From a bacterium (GTDB taxonomy: Bacteria > Zhuqueibacterota > Zhuqueibacteria > Residuimicrobiales > Krinioviventaceae): a stretch of 64,000 nt of DNA. The notes beneath the pieces were generated by a model. That model made no database searches. It was not told where the DNA came from and was given only the letters and a program-made list of their open reading frames with translations. Below are positions 28,885 to 38,996 of the stretch, one piece after another. The position numbers were made by a program, and so were the translations under genes. The stretch covers positions 1,216,001 to 1,280,000 of the forward strand of contig OY843751.1 in assembly GCA_963693055.1 (NCBI GenBank). The letters are read 5' to 3'. Positions within the stretch are counted from its first letter, which is position 1. Each line of letters starts with the position of its first letter.

Positions 28885-31623
28885 ATGAAGAAAATGACAA
28901 AACTGAAACTATTATTCGTTCTCGTTATGCTGCCGGTTCTTGCATTTTCGCAAGCAATTAATACGACTATTTCAGGCCATGTCTATGACAAGGATACAGG
29001 TGATGGTCTGCCCGGTGTAAACATAATCGTTCAGGGTACTTATAAAGGTACTGCTACGGATGCAAATGGTTATTTTGAGATCAAAAGCCTTTCTCCTGGT
29101 GATTATGATATTAAAGCATCAATGATTGGTTACATTGTACAGATCCAAACCGGTATCAAAGTACAATTGAACCGTACAACAACTCTCGACTTTAAACTCG
29201 AACCTACAGTGTTGGCCTTTGGTCAAACCGTAGAAGTCGTTGGTGAAAAACCATTGTTTGATGCTGAATTGACAGCTTCTGAACAGCGCATGTCTGAAGA
29301 AGAAATCAAACAAAAGGTTGTTGAAGATGTAAATGATCTGGTAGCTGACCAGGTAGGTGTTGTAGTGCAAGACAACAAGATCTTTATTCGCGGTGGTCGT
29401 GCTGATGAAAGTATGTATGTGATCGACGGCCAGTCCATCAAAGATCCTTTGTCTGGTTATTCCAACACACTCTATATTAATGCTTCAGCCATCAAAGAGC
29501 TCAAGGTGATTACCGGTGGTTTTGACGCGGAATATGGTCAGGCCATGTCAGGCATTATTGACGTAGAGACCAGAGAAGGTGGAGATGAGTACGAGGGTAA
29601 CTTTGTGATCAAGACTGACAATCTTTTGTCAAACTATGTCAACAGTCACAATACAGATATCATCCAGTTTAATATTGGTGGTCCTGACCCTATTACTTCA
29701 AATTTGCTCCCCAATATCGGATTGGATCTTCCGGGTGAACTGGCATTCTTTTTCAGTGGTTATACTCATTTGTCAGATACCTACTTGCCTCATGCGAACA
29801 AACTCTATCCGTCAAAATCAGCATTTAATGATTTTGCACCCCGTGAGGAAAATGACTGGCATATACTTGGCAAATTGTCATGGACACTTAAACCCGGTCA
29901 AAAATTGACGTATTCCTATGATCGTTCATTAAACATTAACCAGGGATACTTTTTACCTCGTGTAAGTGGTGAACGTGGTTATCCTTATGATTTTCAGGAA
30001 AATCTGGATCATTATAACACATTTACCAAAGAGGGGTTCCTGAGTACTTTAAAGTGGACCCATACCTTGAATGCTACTACTTTTTATAATTTGAGCATTT
30101 CAAGATTTTATACCAGTTTACACTCTGCGGTTCAAAATAAACACTGGTCCGACTATGTTCAGTATCTTGACCTTGAACCTATCTATTATTATCCCACCAG
30201 TGATGGTAGTATTGAAACCCGCTTTGGAGATGGTTTCTGGGATTATGGTGATTCAGAAAACTGGTATGATTACTTTAGTGATACCTGGACTTTGAAGGGT
30301 GATTTTACCTATAACCCCAATGAACGCCATTCTATGAAAATGGGATTAGAATCCCGATATACGGATATGCAGGTGATTGATATCAATGCACCCTGGTATG
30401 GTGAATCTGGACTGGGACGTAACCATGATTTTTTCAGAGTATTTCCCAATGATGGCTCTTTATACATTCAGGATAGAATTACCTACAGTGGTATGATTGT
30501 GAATCTGGGATTGCGTTACGATTACTGGTTCCCGGGAAAATATGTTGACGATGCCATTCAAGATCCAGAAACCGTGATCATTACAGATGAAGCCCGTGAA
30601 AAATATCTTGAAGATACATTTGAGGTTTTTGGGCTGCACGGAAAAGGCCACCTGAGTCCACGGTTGGGTATTTCTCACCCAGTTACAGATAATGATGTGC
30701 TTTATATGCATTATGGCCATTTTTCTCAAAAGCCAAAAGGTCAATATGTATATGCCAAGTTGAAATCTACTTCCGAGGCAACATACCAATTGTTCGGGAA
30801 TCCTAATCTTGATCCTACAACTACGGTTGCGTACGAGTTGGGTTTAAAACACCGTTTTAACGCAAACCAGACAATTGAGATCAAGGCATATTATAAAGAT
30901 ATGTTTGATTATCCCACGGCTGTGAGTGTTAAAAAATACAGTCCGCGTTATGGAAACATTAGTTATCTCATGTATGTGAATATGGATTATGCAAGATCCC
31001 GTGGTATTGAGATGCGTTTTCGTCGTAGGTATTCAAAATACCTGAGTGGCAATATTGATTTTTCATATGCTGTTGCTACCGGTAAAAGCTCTTCACCCAA
31101 CACCAATCTGTTGGTTGCCGCGGGTAAAGTGGAAGAAAAACCACTTGGCGAAACCAGCCTGTCTTGGGACAAGCCCTACAGGGTTTCAACTGACATTTAT
31201 TTTGATGTTCCTAAAGGAGATGGCTGGAATTTATTTGGATTTAAAATGCCCGAAGATTGGGGTGTTAGCGTACGCTGGGAGCTTGAATCCGGTAAGCGAT
31301 ATACCAAGCTTGTGGATGTAGACAATAATATATATGAAAGCGACGAGTACAACAGCCTGTCTAAAATGAAAATGCGAACAGATTTAAAATTTTACAAGAA
31401 TTTTACAATGTTCAACACGCTGTTGTCCTTTTTTGTAGAAGCTGAAAATGTTTTCAATAATAAAATACCGAGAATCATCAACCCGGTAACCGGCCAGCCT
31501 TATGAGCCGGGGGATGTAATTCCCGTAACCTGGTATGATGAAGCACAGGATCTACCACCGTCAAACCCTGCCCGCTATGAATGGCCACGACGGGTTATGA
31601 CCGGTCTTGAATTTCAGTTTTAA
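28885..31623 (+). CDS. TonB-dependent receptor with N-terminal carboxypeptidase-regulatory-like domain
   Basis: ISGHVYDKDTGDGLPGVNI; plug IRGGRADE..YVIDG and VITGGFDAEYGQAMSGII; LSPRLGISHP; GNPNLDP; C-terminal F. Confidence 0.92.
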   Translation: MKKMTKLKLLFVLVMLPVLAFSQAINTTISGHVYDKDTGDGLPGVNIIVQGTYKGTATDANGYFEIKSLSPGDYDIKASMIGYIVQIQTGIKVQLNRTTTLDFKLEPTVLAFGQTVEVVGEKPLFDAELTASEQRMSEEEIKQKVVEDVNDLVADQVGVVVQDNKIFIRGGRADESMYVIDGQSIKDPLSGYSNTLYINASAIKELKVITGGFDAEYGQAMSGIIDVETREGGDEYEGNFVIKTDNLLSNYVNSHNTDIIQFNIGGPDPITSNLLPNIGLDLPGELAFFFSGYTHLSDTYLPHANKLYPSKSAFNDFAPREENDWHILGKLSWTLKPGQKLTYSYDRSLNINQGYFLPRVSGERGYPYDFQENLDHYNTFTKEGFLSTLKWTHTLNATTFYNLSISRFYTSLHSAVQNKHWSDYVQYLDLEPIYYYPTSDGSIETRFGDGFWDYGDSENWYDYFSDTWTLKGDFTYNPNERHSMKMGLESRYTDMQVIDINAPWYGESGLGRNHDFFRVFPNDGSLYIQDRITYSGMIVNLGLRYDYWFPGKYVDDAIQDPETVIITDEAREKYLEDTFEVFGLHGKGHLSPRLGISHPVTDNDVLYMHYGHFSQKPKGQYVYAKLKSTSEATYQLFGNPNLDPTTTVAYELGLKHRFNANQTIEIKAYYKDMFDYPTAVSVKKYSPRYGNISYLMYVNMDYARSRGIEMRFRRRYSKYLSGNIDFSYAVATGKSSSPNTNLLVAAGKVEEKPLGETSLSWDKPYRVSTDIYFDVPKGDGWNLFGFKMPEDWGVSVRWELESGKRYTKLVDVDNNIYESDEYNSLSKMKMRTDLKFYKNFTMFNTLLSFFVEAENVFNNKIPRIINPVTGQPYEPGDVIPVTWYDEAQDLPPSNPARYEWPRRVMTGLEFQF

Positions 31624-31632
31624 CCATGATTA

Positions 31633-32646
31633 ATGATATTGGGTATGAATGTGAAACAAATTAAATATATTACTTATGCACTAGTATTTTTATCTGCATC
31701 TTTTGTGTATTCACAAGGTTTGCTGCCAAAATTGGGTGAACAGCGTGCAGGAACAGCATCAATGACATTTTTAAAAATTGGAGTGGGTGCACGAGCTGTA
31801 TCCATGAGTGGTGCATACGTTGCAATGGCCGATGACGGTTCTGCAATGTACTGGAACCCCGCTGGAATTGTTCAAATTGGTAAAAATGAACTTGTAATGT
31901 CACATATGGATTGGCTTGCGGATATTAAATATGAATTTCTTGGGTACGCGCACCAGTTGAATTCAAATATTGGTATTGGTATGTATGTGGGCTATCTGCA
32001 TTTGGCAGATATGCCGGTAACAACTGAATATCATCCCTTTGGGAATGGTGAATATTTCGGATACAATGATATGGTGACCGGCCTTTCCGGTTCTTTGAAA
32101 ATGACCGATAAATTTTCATTTGGTATTACCTTGAAATATGTACGGGAAACGCTTGACGATCTGGTAATGGATGGCTTTATGGTCGATTTTGGTACTTATT
32201 ACTGGACTGGATTTAAATCTTTACGGGTTGCTGCTGCAATGCGTAACTTTGGTCCTGAAATGAAACCCGGTGGTACCTATATGCAAACAGAAACATCTGG
32301 TAGTGTGTCTGAAACAGATTACCAGGGTTTTTCACCACCAATTGTATTCAGTCTGGGAACCGCCATGGATGTGTATGAATATGCTGAAAATGTATTCACG
32401 CTTTCCATACAAATGGACCATCCTATGGATGATCAGGAAATATATGTTGCCGGTCTTGAATATGATTTTAACAATATCCTGCAATTGCGTTCAGGATACA
32501 AGGCCAATTTTGAGGAAAATCACTGGAGTTTTGGTGGTGGTTTGAGCGTTCCCATGTGGGGAAATGCATTGCAAATCGATTACTCTTATGCTGAATTTAC
32601 AAACCTGTCAATGACACAGCAATTTACTATAGGATTCAAGTTTTAA
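31633..32646 (+). CDS. PorV/PorQ family (UPF0164) outer-membrane beta-barrel
   Basis: AGTASMTFLKIGVGARAVSMSGAYVA..DD.SAMYWNPAG; C-terminal F. Confidence 0.88.
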   Translation: MILGMNVKQIKYITYALVFLSASFVYSQGLLPKLGEQRAGTASMTFLKIGVGARAVSMSGAYVAMADDGSAMYWNPAGIVQIGKNELVMSHMDWLADIKYEFLGYAHQLNSNIGIGMYVGYLHLADMPVTTEYHPFGNGEYFGYNDMVTGLSGSLKMTDKFSFGITLKYVRETLDDLVMDGFMVDFGTYYWTGFKSLRVAAAMRNFGPEMKPGGTYMQTETSGSVSETDYQGFSPPIVFSLGTAMDVYEYAENVFTLSIQMDHPMDDQEIYVAGLEYDFNNILQLRSGYKANFEENHWSFGGGLSVPMWGNALQIDYSYAEFTNLSMTQQFTIGFKF

Positions 32647-33878
32647 TGATGAAAAGAATACATTATATTATAATTGCAATACTATTGGTTTTGATGGCAG
32701 CATCTTGCGAGTATTCCAAGATGCCTTTACCTGTTGCGAATAGTTCCAGTTCCGGATTTGGAGCAAATGATACCAGTTATGTGGAATTGAATCCGGTATG
32801 GGATGCTGCATTTTTAGGTAATACACTTTCGCATCCCACTGATATCACTATTGGGCCTGATGGTTATATATTTATCGCTGATGAAGGTAATGACAGAATC
32901 CTGGTTGTTAATCAGTCCGGTGAACAAATGACCCAGAATGGCCTGGGCAATTTGAACAATATACCTGCACCCTCGGGTATTCATATTGATGCGAAATTAA
33001 ACCTATACGCCACAAATGGTTCAAATACTGTTTATGCCTGGAACCAATATTTTAATGCAGTTTCTATTGATTCGGTGTCTGACCGCATCGTAATCAAAAA
33101 TTATACAACGGGTGATACCTTGCATGTCACCTTGGCTGAAGCCTACTCTGGTGAAGATGCTTTTCCTGGATATCAATTCCAGTCTATATTGTTTGAAGGA
33201 TATTCCGTGGACAAGCACCCTATTCGGGATGTTTATACTTTTTATGAAGATACTCAAGCCGGAACCCAGATTAACGATATAACATCCATTGGTGATGATC
33301 TTTATGCTACCGATTCAGGTAATCAACGTATTATAAAAATTGCATTGGTCCCTGCCTGGTTTGTGAAAACCTCTGAGGGATTTGTTCTGCTACACTATCG
33401 AGGAGCATTCTCTTCGAATGCTGTAACATATGGTTCAGGAGCAGGAACTGTTGATACGCCCTGGAGCTTAGTTTCTGATGATGATAATATATATTTTAGC
33501 CAATTAGCTGGTAACTTTTTGGTGCAAAAATTGAGTGCTGTAGATTTTACTTCTCAATTTACGCTTTATCAGGATGCCATAATGGACCTGAATCGTTTTG
33601 TAGAACCCAGAGCCATAGCACTGGATGAAACAGGTGATTTGTTTGTTATGGATACCGGTTCACAAAAAGTACAGAAATTCTTTAACACGGGTACCCGTGC
33701 GGGTCAGGTTGCAGATTTGGGCGAACGCGGAATTGCAGTCACTGAATTTAATGACGCCAGAGGCTTGATGGTTAGTGACCAGGTTATTTACGTGGTAGAG
33801 AGTGGTGAAAATCAAATACGAAGATTCCAGTATTCTATATCTGATGAAGATATTCCTGATGATGAAAAACAACCCTGA
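32646..33878 (+). CDS. NHL-repeat beta-propeller lipoprotein
   Basis: Lipobox AASC; NHL repeats HPTDITIGPDGYIFIADEGNDRI and EPRAIALDETGDLFVMDTGSQKVQKF. Confidence 0.8.
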   Translation: MMKRIHYIIIAILLVLMAASCEYSKMPLPVANSSSSGFGANDTSYVELNPVWDAAFLGNTLSHPTDITIGPDGYIFIADEGNDRILVVNQSGEQMTQNGLGNLNNIPAPSGIHIDAKLNLYATNGSNTVYAWNQYFNAVSIDSVSDRIVIKNYTTGDTLHVTLAEAYSGEDAFPGYQFQSILFEGYSVDKHPIRDVYTFYEDTQAGTQINDITSIGDDLYATDSGNQRIIKIALVPAWFVKTSEGFVLLHYRGAFSSNAVTYGSGAGTVDTPWSLVSDDDNIYFSQLAGNFLVQKLSAVDFTSQFTLYQDAIMDLNRFVEPRAIALDETGDLFVMDTGSQKVQKFFNTGTRAGQVADLGERGIAVTEFNDARGLMVSDQVIYVVESGENQIRRFQYSISDEDIPDDEKQP

Positions 33879-33902
33879 TAATTTTATAAAAATTATAAAT
33901 TT

Positions 33903-33942
33903 AAAAAGCCCTGGTATTGAAAACAGTATCCGGGCTTTTTTT
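33903..33942 (+). terminator. Intrinsic terminator closing the TBDR/PorV operon
   Basis: AAAAAGCCC...GGGCTTTTTTT imperfect stem with a T tract. Confidence 0.7.
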
Positions 33943-34112
33943 GTTAATAGAAGAATATTGAATTATTTAGAATCGTTATTCTGTTAATAAGTAATAAATT
34001 GAGGGAAAATACTGAAATATTAGTAACTTGATAATTATGTTGATAAAAAAGATTTCATTTTATTTATAAATTAATTATACTGTAAACTGTTACAAAATAA
34101 TAGGATATTTGC

Positions 34113-34937
34113 ATGAAAACGCTCAGCCAGATTATCAATTATGCATTACCTGCATTATACTTTTTTGTTGTGATAGTTTATTACCAGATTTTTAAATTTC
34201 AAAAACGCGATCTTGAAAAATACACAGTTCCTTTATTACTGGTTTTACTCTTTTTTGATGGATTTAGTATTGTGTCCCGCATTATTGCTCTCAATTTAAT
34301 GCCTCTGAGTACAATATTTGACGCATTTTCTCTTTTATCCTTTTGTGTTATTTTTGTGTATTTGATTATTGAAACCACTATTAAAAACAAATCCACGGGT
34401 TTGTTTCTTGTGAGTTTTGCGTTTGTATTTAAAACTATTGCTGCATTTCATTTTAAATGGAATGCAAAAAGCAGTGCGATTTTGTCTGATCCTACCTTTG
34501 CTGTACATGCATCATTAACCATTTGTGGATATACTGCTTTGACCATTTCAGCAATTTATGCGGTTTTGTATATGGTGCAGGAACACAATATGAAAAAAAA
34601 GAAGTTTGATGTTGTGTCTTTACAGTTACCACCATTGGCGTATTTGGAAAGTATGAGTATCCGTTCTGTCACTATTGGAATACTTGTTATTGGTATTGGG
34701 TTAGGATTGGGGCATATACAAGCATATAAAATGTTTGGTAAACTTTGGCTCCCTGATCCCAAAATTATTATATCAGATTTGATTTTTATCTTTTATTTTA
34801 GTGGATATATAATTAATAAATTTTTGAAATTGAATAGTAAATGGATGGCAAGGTTTTCTCTGCTGGGATATATTATATTACTTGCAAGTGCGATTTCGGT
34901 AGTAACTATATCAAATTCGTTTCATAATTTTTATTAG
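34113..34937 (+). CDS. HemX/CcsA-family membrane protein (cytochrome c assembly domain)
   Basis: About 8 hydrophobic segments; HASLTICGY, LPPLAYLE, W.PDPK; first gene of the hem cluster. Confidence 0.8.
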   Translation: MKTLSQIINYALPALYFFVVIVYYQIFKFQKRDLEKYTVPLLLVLLFFDGFSIVSRIIALNLMPLSTIFDAFSLLSFCVIFVYLIIETTIKNKSTGLFLVSFAFVFKTIAAFHFKWNAKSSAILSDPTFAVHASLTICGYTALTISAIYAVLYMVQEHNMKKKKFDVVSLQLPPLAYLESMSIRSVTIGILVIGIGLGLGHIQAYKMFGKLWLPDPKIIISDLIFIFYFSGYIINKFLKLNSKWMARFSLLGYIILLASAISVVTISNSFHNFY

Positions 34938-34945
34938 AGTATAAT

Positions 34946-36226
34946 ATGAATTTAGAAAATGTCCCGTTTGCAATAATAGGGATTTCACATCATACAGCAC
35001 CGGTCCAGGTGCGAGGAGAAGTAGCTCTTAATGTAGAAGATCAAAAAATTACATTAGAGTATTTGAAAAAATCCGATTATACACAAGGCTGTATTGTTTT
35101 ATCAACCTGTAACCGGACTGAAATATATTTAAGCAGTGAAAATATAGAGCAATCTGTAATTGATTTTAAAGATTGGTTCAGTAATTATAAACAGTGTGAC
35201 TATTTCAATAATGCCGATTATACTTATGTTCATAGCGGAGTAAAAGCAGTTGAACATTTTTTCAAAGTTATCTCGAGTCTGGATTCGCAGATTGTAGGAG
35301 AAACCCAGATTACCGGTCAGGTTAAAGAAGCATATAATCTGGCTTTGGAAATGCATGCTACCGATTCTTTGATTAATAAAATTTTCAACTTTGGTATTCA
35401 GGCGCAAAAAGATGTGAGAAACAGTACATATTTGTGTGCCGGTGCAGTTTCAATCAGCTTTGCAGGTGTTGAACTTGCTGAAAAGATATTTAACAAACTT
35501 GAAGATAAAAAGGTTTTACTCTTTGGAGCCGGTGAGACTGCGGAGCTAGCCGCGGACCATTTTTCTAAAAAAGGGGTAAGGCAATTTCATGTGATTAACC
35601 GGACCTATGAAAAGGCGGAATCACTGGCTAAACTTTTAAATGGAAAAGCATTTTCTCTAGATCAAATGGATGATGCGTTTGAAGGTGTGGATATTGTTAT
35701 TTCTGCTACGTCAAGCACAGAGCATGTCATTACTTTTGCTTATATTAAACAATTGGGTAGAAAACGGCGAAATACTCCTTTATTTTTAATCGACCTGGCT
35801 ATTCCCCGAGATATTGATCCTGCGATTGAAAAACTGCAAGGTGTTTATCTCTATAACCTGGATGATCTGCAAGAAATTGTCAAGATCAATACCAGCAAAC
35901 GCACTAAAGAAATCCCCAAAGCTTTAAAATCAATTGATGATGTTATGCAGGACTGGGTAGAGTGGTATGGAACCTACTCTTTGTCTTCTACTATTGGTAA
36001 GCTAAAAAATTATTTTGAACAGGTTTGCACCAATGAAATCAATAGGGCTTTGAAAGCAATTCCCGAAGACTCTACGGATCCTTGTGATTTTGATGTATTG
36101 AAAACTAACCTGATCAACAAATTGGTTCGTCAGCATATTAAATTGTTGAAAAAAACAAATGGAAATCCCGATTACCAACAAACCCATATAAATCTAATAC
36201 ACGATCTGTTTGAACTGGAAAAGTAA
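34946..36226 (+). CDS. hemA: Glutamyl-tRNA reductase
   Basis: GISHHTAPV, LSTCNRTE, SLDSQIVGETQITGQVK, GAGET, DLAIPRDID. Confidence 0.96.
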   Translation: MNLENVPFAIIGISHHTAPVQVRGEVALNVEDQKITLEYLKKSDYTQGCIVLSTCNRTEIYLSSENIEQSVIDFKDWFSNYKQCDYFNNADYTYVHSGVKAVEHFFKVISSLDSQIVGETQITGQVKEAYNLALEMHATDSLINKIFNFGIQAQKDVRNSTYLCAGAVSISFAGVELAEKIFNKLEDKKVLLFGAGETAELAADHFSKKGVRQFHVINRTYEKAESLAKLLNGKAFSLDQMDDAFEGVDIVISATSSTEHVITFAYIKQLGRKRRNTPLFLIDLAIPRDIDPAIEKLQGVYLYNLDDLQEIVKINTSKRTKEIPKALKSIDDVMQDWVEWYGTYSLSSTIGKLKNYFEQVCTNEINRALKAIPEDSTDPCDFDVLKTNLINKLVRQHIKLLKKTNGNPDYQQTHINLIHDLFELEK

Positions 36227-36228
36227 AT

Positions 36229-37152
36229 ATGAGCAAGTTTATACGAATTGGAACCCGCGGCAGTCAATTGGCTTTATGGCAAGCTAATTTTGTGCAGAGT
36301 GAATTGGAAAAAAATAATCCCGATGTTTCTTTTGAGCGTGTTATCATCAAAACCACAGGTGACCGCGACCAAAAGTCGTCCCTGACTCAGATCGGTGGGC
36401 AGGGTGTTTTTACCAAAACTATTGAAGATGCCTTGTTGAATAAAGAAATTGATGTAGCAGTGCACAGTCTCAAAGATCTTCCCTCTCAAGAGACGGCGGG
36501 TCTTGTATTGGGTGCTGTACCACAACGTGGTTTTGTTGAGGATGTATTGGTTACCGAAAATGGCACAACTTTGCAGCAGCTTGCACAGGGTGCCAGAATT
36601 GCAACAGGTAGTATTCGCCGGCAATCGCAATTACTTGCTTTACGTCCGGATCTGGAAATCAAAGATCTGCGTGGTAATATTGATACACGTTTGCGTAAAT
36701 TGGCGGAAGAAGATCTGGATGCCATCATCATGGCAAAGGCAGCAATTGTTCGTTTAGAACTGGACCAGGTCAAGTACAGTGAATTTAAAGTGGATGACAT
36801 GGTGCCGAGTGTAAGCCAAGGTGCTATTGGTATTCAAATCCGACAAGGTGATGAGGAAACATTGTCAGCCGTTCATAAAATGAATCATGCGCCTACATTT
36901 CAGGCTGTAATGGCTGAACGATCATTACTACGTACGCTGGACAGTGGGTGTCAGTTCCCGGTTGGGGCTTTTGCCCAGGTTGTAAGTGACGAAGTTTTGG
37001 ATATTATTGGGTATGTGGGAAGTGTTGACGGTAAAACAATTATCAAAGAGAGACTGGCCGGCAGTCCCGAACAGGCCGAATTGTTGGGAGAGAGACTGGC
37101 TGAAATTTTAATTGATAAAGGTGCAAAGGATGTATTGAAGGAATTGTCCTGA
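36229..37152 (+). CDS. hemC: Hydroxymethylbilane synthase (porphobilinogen deaminase)
   Basis: IGTRGSQLALWQA, AVHSLKDLP, LRGNIDTRLRKL, GCQFPVG. Confidence 0.96.
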   Translation: MSKFIRIGTRGSQLALWQANFVQSELEKNNPDVSFERVIIKTTGDRDQKSSLTQIGGQGVFTKTIEDALLNKEIDVAVHSLKDLPSQETAGLVLGAVPQRGFVEDVLVTENGTTLQQLAQGARIATGSIRRQSQLLALRPDLEIKDLRGNIDTRLRKLAEEDLDAIIMAKAAIVRLELDQVKYSEFKVDDMVPSVSQGAIGIQIRQGDEETLSAVHKMNHAPTFQAVMAERSLLRTLDSGCQFPVGAFAQVVSDEVLDIIGYVGSVDGKTIIKERLAGSPEQAELLGERLAEILIDKGAKDVLKELS

Positions 37153-37922
37153 TGGGCGATATTCTGGCAAATAAAATTATATTAATTACACGGAATGTGA
37201 TTGAAGCTGCTGATATCATTCAGGCGGTAAAAGATAAAGGCGGCAAGACAGTTGTTTTTCCGACAATACAAATTTGCCCCCCGGATGATTGGACGAATGC
37301 AGATTTTGCAATTACATCCATGGATCAATTTGACTGGCTTGTCTTTACCAGTAAAAACAGTGTAGATGCTTTTTTGTCCCGTGTGAATGAACTTGGTTAT
37401 GAATTGGGACAGATTCAAATTGCCGCAATCGGTTCCAAAACCGCCAAACACTTGATTGAACGTGGAATGGAAATTCAGCTACAACCGGATTCCTTTACTG
37501 CAGCTGATCTGGTAAAAGCCTTTAAAAAATTGGATATGTCCGAAAAACGTGTGTTGGTACCGGTATCTGATATTGCCAGAACTGAGCTAACGGATGGATT
37601 GACAGAACAGGGCGCAATTGTAGACCGAATCGTGGTTTATAGAACCTGCAAAACCGAGCCGGAAAATCTGGACCAGGTAAAAACCATGATCAGCAAAGAT
37701 TCTATTGATTGTTTTACATTTTTTAGTCCATCAGCATTTGACAATTTTTTAAGCTTGCTGGGTGATGAAATAATTGAAGGTTTGAAAAGAAAGCAACCCC
37801 CTATGGCTATAATTGGCCCGACAACTGCAAACGCAGTGCGATCTGCAGGTTTTTTTAAAATCATTCAAGCGAAAAACAGTACATCTACTGATTTGATAAA
37901 TGCTCTACTTGCTTATTATTAA
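37152..37922 (+). CDS. hemD: Uroporphyrinogen-III synthase
   Basis: ILITR, DWLVFTSKNSV, AAIGSKTA, VYRT, FFSPSA, IGPTTA. Confidence 0.92.
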   Translation: MGDILANKIILITRNVIEAADIIQAVKDKGGKTVVFPTIQICPPDDWTNADFAITSMDQFDWLVFTSKNSVDAFLSRVNELGYELGQIQIAAIGSKTAKHLIERGMEIQLQPDSFTAADLVKAFKKLDMSEKRVLVPVSDIARTELTDGLTEQGAIVDRIVVYRTCKTEPENLDQVKTMISKDSIDCFTFFSPSAFDNFLSLLGDEIIEGLKRKQPPMAIIGPTTANAVRSAGFFKIIQAKNSTSTDLINALLAYY

Positions 37923-37940
37923 TTTAATGGAGTTGTCTAT

Positions 37941-38984
37941 ATGTCACAATCCTTTTTATATATTGATGCAATTCAGAAAAAGCCCATAGATAGAACCCCC
38001 ATTTGGATTATGCGGCAAGCGGGAAGATATTTGCCCGAGTATATGAAGATCCGTGAAAAATATGACTTTTTGACGGTTTGTAAAACCCCTGAAATTGCCG
38101 CTGAGGTTACATTACAGCCCATTCGTCGGTTTGGATTTGATGCATCAATTTTGTTTTCTGATATTCTGGTTATTCCGGAAGCCATTGGCCAAAAGCTGGA
38201 ATTTCTGGAAAATCATGGGCCTCAGCTTTCTCCGCAAATACTGGATGAAAAAGAGTTTGAGAAATTGTCTACAAAAGAACTCGAAGGAAAACTGGATTAT
38301 GTTGCACAAGCTATCAAGGTGATCAATTCGGAATTGCCTGCGGATGTTCCTCTCATTGGTTTCAGTGGATCTCCGTTTACTCTGGCAACTTATATGATTG
38401 AAGGAAAGCCAACCCGGAATTTTAAATATATCAAGCAATTGATCTTTAGTAATCCTAATTTTGTACATCGGCTGCTTACATTGTTAACCGAAGCGGTCAC
38501 CCGTTATCTGGAAATGCAGATTCGTGCAGGTGTTAAAGCGGTACAATTGTTTGATACCTGGGGTGGCATTTTACCCGTTCATCTTTACAATTCTTTTTCC
38601 GGCAAATATATGAAAAATATTGTAAATCGATTAAAACATTTTGATGTACCTTTTGTTTTATTCAGTAAAGGCGGAGTTGAAATACTGCACCAGTTAACAG
38701 ATAGTGAAGCTGACATGTTGGGTGTAGACTGGATGACAGATCTTGCACATGCAAAAAAACTTGTTGATGGAAAATTCGCTTTGCAGGGTAATCTTGATCC
38801 TACTGCCTTGTATGGAGATAAAGAAATAATCAAGAATGAAATTCAACATATTTTAAATATTATTGGCAAAGATTCAGGTCACGTTTTTAATCTGGGACAT
38901 GGAATTTTGCCGGACATTCCGGTTGATAATGTTGCCTTTATGGTAGACCAGGTGCGTGAACAGAGTATGAAAATCAGAGCATAG
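37941..38984 (+). CDS. hemE: Uroporphyrinogen decarboxylase
   Basis: PIWIMRQAGRYLPEY, ILFSDIL, LIGFSGSPFTLATY, QGNLDP, FNLGHGI. Confidence 0.97.
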   Translation: MSQSFLYIDAIQKKPIDRTPIWIMRQAGRYLPEYMKIREKYDFLTVCKTPEIAAEVTLQPIRRFGFDASILFSDILVIPEAIGQKLEFLENHGPQLSPQILDEKEFEKLSTKELEGKLDYVAQAIKVINSELPADVPLIGFSGSPFTLATYMIEGKPTRNFKYIKQLIFSNPNFVHRLLTLLTEAVTRYLEMQIRAGVKAVQLFDTWGGILPVHLYNSFSGKYMKNIVNRLKHFDVPFVLFSKGGVEILHQLTDSEADMLGVDWMTDLAHAKKLVDGKFALQGNLDPTALYGDKEIIKNEIQHILNIIGKDSGHVFNLGHGILPDIPVDNVAFMVDQVREQSMKIRA

Positions 38985-38996
38985 ACAGGCCCTCTT

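Noticed and set aside
33950-34112. Possible Fur, FNR or PerR boxes upstream of the hem cluster
   Set aside because: Only partial matches in very AT-rich DNA; no complete palindrome.
34113-34937. Calling this gene a true ccsA (system II cytochrome c synthase)
   Set aside because: It lacks a full tryptophan-rich WWD motif and has no adjacent ccsB/resB; its position before hemA fits HemX-like proteins.
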